A stretch of DNA of 12,855 nucleotides from Azolla caroliniana. Lineage: Eukaryota > Plantae > Polypodiophyta. This document shows positions 8,016 through 12,855 of the stretch, piece after piece; positions within the stretch are counted from its first letter, which is position 1; every line of letters starts with the position of its first letter. Below the pieces are notes generated by a model. The model was not told where the DNA came from. It ran no database searches and saw nothing but the letters and a program-made list of their open reading frames with translations. Both the position numbers and the translations under genes were made by a program. The stretch covers positions 1-12,855 of the forward strand of contig JBHGNT010001023.1 in the NCBI GenBank assembly GCA_043228905.1, given 5' to 3'.

Positions 8016-8360
8016 GGTGCCGCATGTTCTTGGCCTAGAAGACTGTGCATCTCTTAAGTCCTTTTAATAGCGTCGCTATCTTCTCTCTCTTTTTTCTTTA
8101 TTTCGTAACGGTTACATACACTATAGTACAAGTGGGGCCCTATACTTACTCCGCGGATTCTCCGGCTTTGTCCTGTTTGGCGGGAAACAGTGTCGTGTTA
8201 TTACGCGCGTGCGTTGAGAAAGGCGGGACCACGGGGGTCTTGGACTAGGGAGTGACGGAGCGTAGGAAGTCGTACTTCACCGTCTCCAGGGCATCCCAGA
8301 AGCACACCGGAAGCAACCGAAGGGAGAGAGAGAAAGAGAGGGAGCGCGCGCTTGACACCG

Positions 8361-8365
<5 letters not shown>

Positions 8366-8393
<28 letters not shown>
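8366..8393. repeat. (CA)14 microsatellite in LTR B
   Basis: Direct read. Confidence 0.95.
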
Positions 8394-8394
<1 letters not shown>

Positions 8395-8667
8395 GCCGAC
8401 CCGACTCACGCCCTTATGTACAGGAAACGCAGGAAAGGGGAAGCGCCCGACACCAATAGAGACACGAATATGCACAGACAGACGCAAATGTAAGTATTAC
8501 CAGGGAAAGAATACAACCCCGGCTTCGAGCCGGACCATGGTAGGGTAGGTTACAGCAACAGTCTGCTGCCAAGCCATCGTCTGGGGAGCTCTCGGGCTCG
8601 TCTCATGGAGCGGGGTCTTGCACAGGAGACCTAGCAGAGACAACCCTCAACGGTCGACCTCCCCACC

Positions 8668-8691
8668 AAGAAGAAGAAGAAGAAGAAGAAG
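8668..8691. repeat. (AAG)8 microsatellite in LTR B
   Basis: Direct read. Confidence 0.95.
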
Positions 8692-8766
8692 AAAATTAAC
8701 TCTAAACATAACGGTACACCCTCTAACACAAAACGGGCAACCCTTTCACAAAGGGCGCTCCCTTCC

Positions 8767-8773
8767 TTTTATA
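8767..8773 (-). promoter_or_regulatory. Putative LTR TATA box (element B)
   Basis: Minus-strand TATAAAA, homologous to 4226-4231. Confidence 0.6.
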
Positions 8774-8974
8774 GAACAAGGAGAGGGATGCGTTACAATG
8801 TAGGATAAATCCCGATTTACATGGGATCGTCTGTCCCGACTTGACTACTCTTCGGCACCATAAAGGCATCCCCGTTATTCACACTAAATGTACAAGGGTG
8901 AGCACACATGCTGCACCCCGCCGATGTAGCCAATGTTTCCCGGTTTCCGCCTCTGGCCGAAATTCTTCATGACA

Positions 8975-8985
8975 TCCGCCCCACC
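8975..8985 (-). other. Polypurine tract of element B
   Basis: Minus strand GGTGGGGCGGA abuts the LTR TG start. Confidence 0.8.
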
Positions 8986-11900
8986 AAACCACACGTCCAC
9001 CGGTACGTGCCAAATCCGGTGAAGGGTGAGAGATTTCGGCCGGTGAGAAACCGGTCAACCGTAATCCGCATTCCGGCTCGCTGCCGGTTTGATCCGTCGG
9101 CTTCGGTTCTTCCTTCGCGCTTACCTCCCCGTAGGCTCGTTCGACCCGTCGATGGGTCCTCTTTTGCGATCTCTGTAGTATGCGTACTTCCGTTGGCCCT
9201 TGTTCGGCCGTATGAACGCCCCACTCCCCACCGTATGCCCGATGTCCTCCGCTTGAGGAGCGCCCGTAGTGGCCCGTTTGGCCTCCGTTGACCATTCGTG
9301 TTGTCCTGATTGCCGTCCCATGTTGTCTCGCGTTGCCTTCGTCCTCTCGCCACCACCTTCCTTCTCCATGGTCTTACATCGCCGTGTCAGCTCGAACCGC
9401 CATGGTCTCCGGAACGGTGTGGAGGATCCTTTTCTGGCCTTCTACGCGCTACCTCCGAACCGCGCAACCTATCTCCGCGCTCGCCTTTCCGCTCCGGCAC
9501 CTCCGTGTGCCACATACCCTCATCCGTTGTTTGGCATTGCCTATGCCGTACTCCGGTTCATTGCACGTCTTTTTGGCCCCTTTCCCGGCCAGATCGTGCA
9601 TCGCCGCTCACCCGCATACTGGTGTCCTCCGCATCCGAGGAACACCCCGTAGCAGCCCGCTTGGCCCTTCCCATCTTCGTGTTGCTGCAACAAGTCTTTA
9701 GTCTTCCGCTTGCCATCGTCCCCTCGCCCCCACTAGCTTGTCTCCCCGGGCTTGCCATGTCAATCTTTGCTACTTCGACGGAGCTACCGAGATCTACGAA
9801 CCGAGTGTGGAGGATTCTCCTCTGGCATCTCTTGCCATCCCCTGACTCCGACCGTGTGCAGTCCACTAGGCACTTTTCACCTCTTTCCTGGCACCTCCCT
9901 TGTGCCGTCTTCCATTTCCTTTGTTTGGCACCGCCCATGCCGAACATTGTCCCGTAGTCACGCTTTGATCCGGCTCGCGATGGCCACTTGCGAGACTCTT
10001 ATTCCATCCCAGGTGTGGCTTTCCGGCCCGACACACCTCCTCGTGTTCACCCTACCGGCCACTTCCGAAACCGTAACTAGCCGGTGAGGGTTTTGCACTT
10101 CGTCCGCCCCGTCTTACCGACTCCCGATCCGCTACCCCGTGTCGTTGGGTCCCGTTCCCTGCCGCCACCGTTCGTCACTTTAGGTCTCACGTTGCCACGT
10201 TGGCCGAACTGCCAGGGTCTCAAGATCAGTGTGAGGGTCCCATAGGACCGGACTTCGTTTCGTCGCTTGCCGAGATCCGGGTGTCGTTTGTTTGAGTCCC
10301 TCCCGGACTCTCCTCGTGTCTTCCGCGTAGTCGGGTCTCATTTCCCGCCGCCACCAACCTTCTCTCTCGGTCTCATGTTGCCACGTTGGCCAAACTACCG
10401 GAGTCTCTGGTTAAGTGTGGGGATCCTGTAGGACCGGACTTCCTTACGCCCACTCACCGTGTCGAAAGGTTTGAGATGGTCCGTAGCCACCCTGCCGGCC
10501 TCATACCTCCTTGCCGTTCGTCGCCTTCTGTCGTCCAATCACGTTCTCCTACCGCCACCGATCTCCCCTATAGGACTCACGCCGGCACTCGGGCCGGCCT
10601 CCGGATCGGTGTGAGTGTCTTAGTGGAACCTCCCCTTGCCGCTGCCACCGTCCCTTACTCTAGGTCTCACGTCTCCTCTTGTCGTTGGTTGCCGGAGTCT
10701 TTAGAATCGGTGTGTGTAAGGTCACAGCTGCTCTGCTCTGCCTTCGCCATTCTCTTCTGTTGGTCACGTTCACCTGCCGTCACCGTCCTTTCCTATAGGA
10801 CTCACGCGGGCTCTCGGGCCGACCGCCGGATCGGTGTGAGGATGTCCATAGACCGCCCATCCGTAGCCCTTTGCCTTCGTCCCCTCACCGCCACCGTTCG
10901 TCACTTTAGGCCTCGCGCCGGCTCTCGGGCCTCGCGCCGATTTCTGTAGAACCGGTGTGAAGGATCCTCCTCCGGCTTGCCATATCTCTGACCCTTATCC
11001 CGGGTTTTCCTTCTTTCGTAAGTCGAGAGGGTGGCTCACTCCACACCCTCTCCCGTGGTACCGACGTACCGTGTTCCCGGCCTCTTCGTAGGCCTGCTCT
11101 CTTCCTCCCTCCCGGAATGGTTTTCTGGAAGTCCGCTCCACCCGGTCCTCGTCTGGGTCCGTCCGTCATTCTCGGGATTGCCGGGTCCCGTTCTCCTGTC
11201 GCCACCAACCTTCTCCCTAGGTCTCACGTTGCCACGTTGGCCGAACTGCCGGGGCCTCCAGACTAGTGTGGGGATCCTGTAGGACCGGTCTTCGTTCTCC
11301 TCTTCATCCCTTGTACTTCTCCCGAACTCTCGTTTCTCTCCTCTATCCTCCATCTCTTTCGGTCTCACGTTGCCACGTTGGCCGAACTACCGAAGTCTCC
11401 GGATAGGAGGTGGGGTAACCGATTTTTGCAACGTCTTTCGGCGACTCATCCGGACCACCGCCCCTTTTAGTGGTGTCGGTGGATAGCATCCGCTCTGTGA
11501 TCAATCAAGCCCCGCCTGAGCTTGAGTCTCCAATGTCCGGAGTTTCGGCTCCGATGCCGACCTTGCCAGACTCGTTTTGAACCTTTGATCACCTTCCTTC
11601 GAATTCTCGACCTTCGCCCGGTCGGTCTTTCTCCCCATGTAAAAGAGGGCGGATCGTCCCGCACCCTCTTCCGTATCGGCACCTTCATGCCGAATCCGGC
11701 CTCGGTCGAACAATCCATGACCGGATTACACTCCATCCGAATCGGAATGCCGATCTTCTTGTGCCGCTTCCGTCCTCGGCCTCCTCGCAAGCCGTTTCCC
11801 ATCCATCTTTGTTGGCATCATGCCAGGACTCCTCGCCGGCGCCTCCCTTCTCTGTGGTCTCATGTCGGCACACGGGCACGATCGTCGGAGTCTCCGGAAT

Positions 11901-12827
11901 CCGCGTGGAGGGCTCTTCTCCACTCCCGACCTTGTCCTCAGTCAGCAATTCTCCACAAGTCAAGAGGGCATTTTGTTCCGCACCCTCTCCCGTGGTACCG
12001 TGGTACCGATCTTCCGCCATCTCGTGGGGCAAGACCGTCTCCTCGGTCTCAGCTTGGGGCCTCGATCTTTCCTCTTCCTCGAGCATTGCCTCGAGAGCTG
12101 CGTACGCCTCCGCAATCCTAGCCCCAACGCCGACCCTTGCCAGCTCCCTTTGCCGTTCGGCCTCTTCCCGCTGTGATGGCACGCCGTTGTGCGTCTTCCA
12201 CTTAGCCTTCTCGGCTCGCTCATCGTCTAGCCGTTGGCACACCCTTCCGACCTTCGACTAGTACTCCGTAAGCCCATTTGCTCCATCATCGTGTTCGAGC
12301 TCCATCCCGATTGCCTCCCGTTCCACTCGGTCGACCGACCTGACGAACAATAAGACCTTGTCCGTCCCCACCAAACCTTGTTCCCGCTCCGGGAGCCGAG
12401 CAAGCCGTCGCTTGAACTCTCGGATTGCCTTCGTCGCGCCCTGGTGGGTCTTTGCCGATGCGACCCACTGGTCGAAGTCGTGTCGTCCCCGGCTCTTCCG
12501 CCGTCCTCCATATGCCTTCAGGAGCGCCTCTTCGAAGGCCTCCCACGAACTATGAGCCTCACAGAGCTCCTTTACTTCCGCATGCATCCGGACAGCTACG
12601 ACCCGACAGAAGAACTCTAGCCTCAACGCCTCGTCTATGCCACGCTCCTCCATATCCGCGTTGTAGGCTCCCAAGTAAGATGGGACTTTGTCCCCGTTGA
12701 AACGGCTAACTCTTTCGACCACTCGTTGAACCGCTTGTTGCGCAGCTTCTCGCCTTATCACCACTCGTGCCGACTCCAACACCACTTCGGCCACCATCAC
12801 CGCGAGGTCGTCATCTTCCGGCTCCAT
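8986..12827 (-). pseudogene. gag: Disrupted gag-like ORF of element B
   Basis: 12258-12827 aligns with the element A N-terminus (RREAAQQAV, RLEFF, EVKEL.EAH.SWE.FE.AL, DKVLLF, GLTE). TAG at 12258-12260 replaces a Trp and the same frame continues to 11685. The tail is then broken by stops and frameshifts but keeps shared motifs (GTTGEGAE, WHDA). The 3' limit is approximate. Confidence 0.75.
10150..11420 (-). repeat. Degenerate repeat modules in element B tail
   Basis: GGTCTCA(C/T)GTTGCCACGTTGGCC(G/A)AACT(G/A)CC at 10183, 10369, 11220 and 11361. Related units near 10571, 10661, 10796 and 10907. Confidence 0.85.
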
Positions 12828-12842
12828 CCTCCCTTGCTGCCT

Positions 12843-12855
12843 TTCACGTCGGGTT
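12843..12855 (-). other. tRNA-Trp PBS of element B (truncated by window end)
   Basis: TTCACGTCGGGTT is identical to 3857-3869 and lies 15 nt upstream of the gag ATG. Confidence 0.8.

Larger units (their letters stand above)
8191..8974 (-). repeat. 3' LTR of element B (784 bp)
   Basis: TGTCGTG...CATGACA. First ~62 bp align with 3879-3940, last ~35 bp align with 4527-4561, and the TATA block is conserved. Confidence 0.85.
8191..12855 (-). mobile_element. Element B: decayed relative of element A; 5' LTR outside window
   Basis: LTR 8191-8974 with ends homologous to the A LTR. PPT at 8975, gag homologue at 12827, same PBS at the window edge. Internal region about 3.9 kb without pol motifs. Confidence 0.85.

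Noticed and set aside
3879-8974. LTR A and LTR B as the paired LTRs of one element enclosing 4562-8190
   Set aside because: Interiors are dissimilar, and the PBS and PPT lie outside this interval, assigning each LTR to its own element.
10183-11395. CRISPR-like repeat-spacer array
   Set aside because: Irregular long spacing, degenerate repeats embedded in larger homologous coding modules, no cas genes, eukaryotic context.

Overview
Repeat-rich, most likely land-plant nuclear DNA. The plant call is inferred from a plant-type tRNA-Trp PBS and telo-boxes; the proteins look bryophyte/fern-like, but this is unverified. No ordinary host gene is evident. Two related but diverged LTR retroelements lie on the minus strand. 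Element A runs from before 1 to 4561: partial 3' LTR 1-261 identical to 4301-4561, full 683-bp 5' LTR 3879-4561, tRNA-Trp PBS, PPT, and one intact 1187-aa ORF filling the internal region. Element B runs from 8191 past 12855: 784-bp 3' LTR, PPT, decayed homologous ORF, and a PBS cut off by the window edge. Both encode a Ty3/Gypsy-type Gag capsid domain fused to a long, disordered, repeat-built tail, with no recognisable zinc knuckle, protease, RT, RNase H or integrase. They look like a non-autonomous Gag-only (TR-GAG-like) family. Between them (4562-8190) is older, decayed, probably TE-derived coding DNA: a plus-strand coiled-coil ORF broken by TAG stops, and an opposite-facing globular ORF fragment ending at a 17-bp duplicated junction, possibly an inversion. 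Family assignments come from motif recognition, not database searches.
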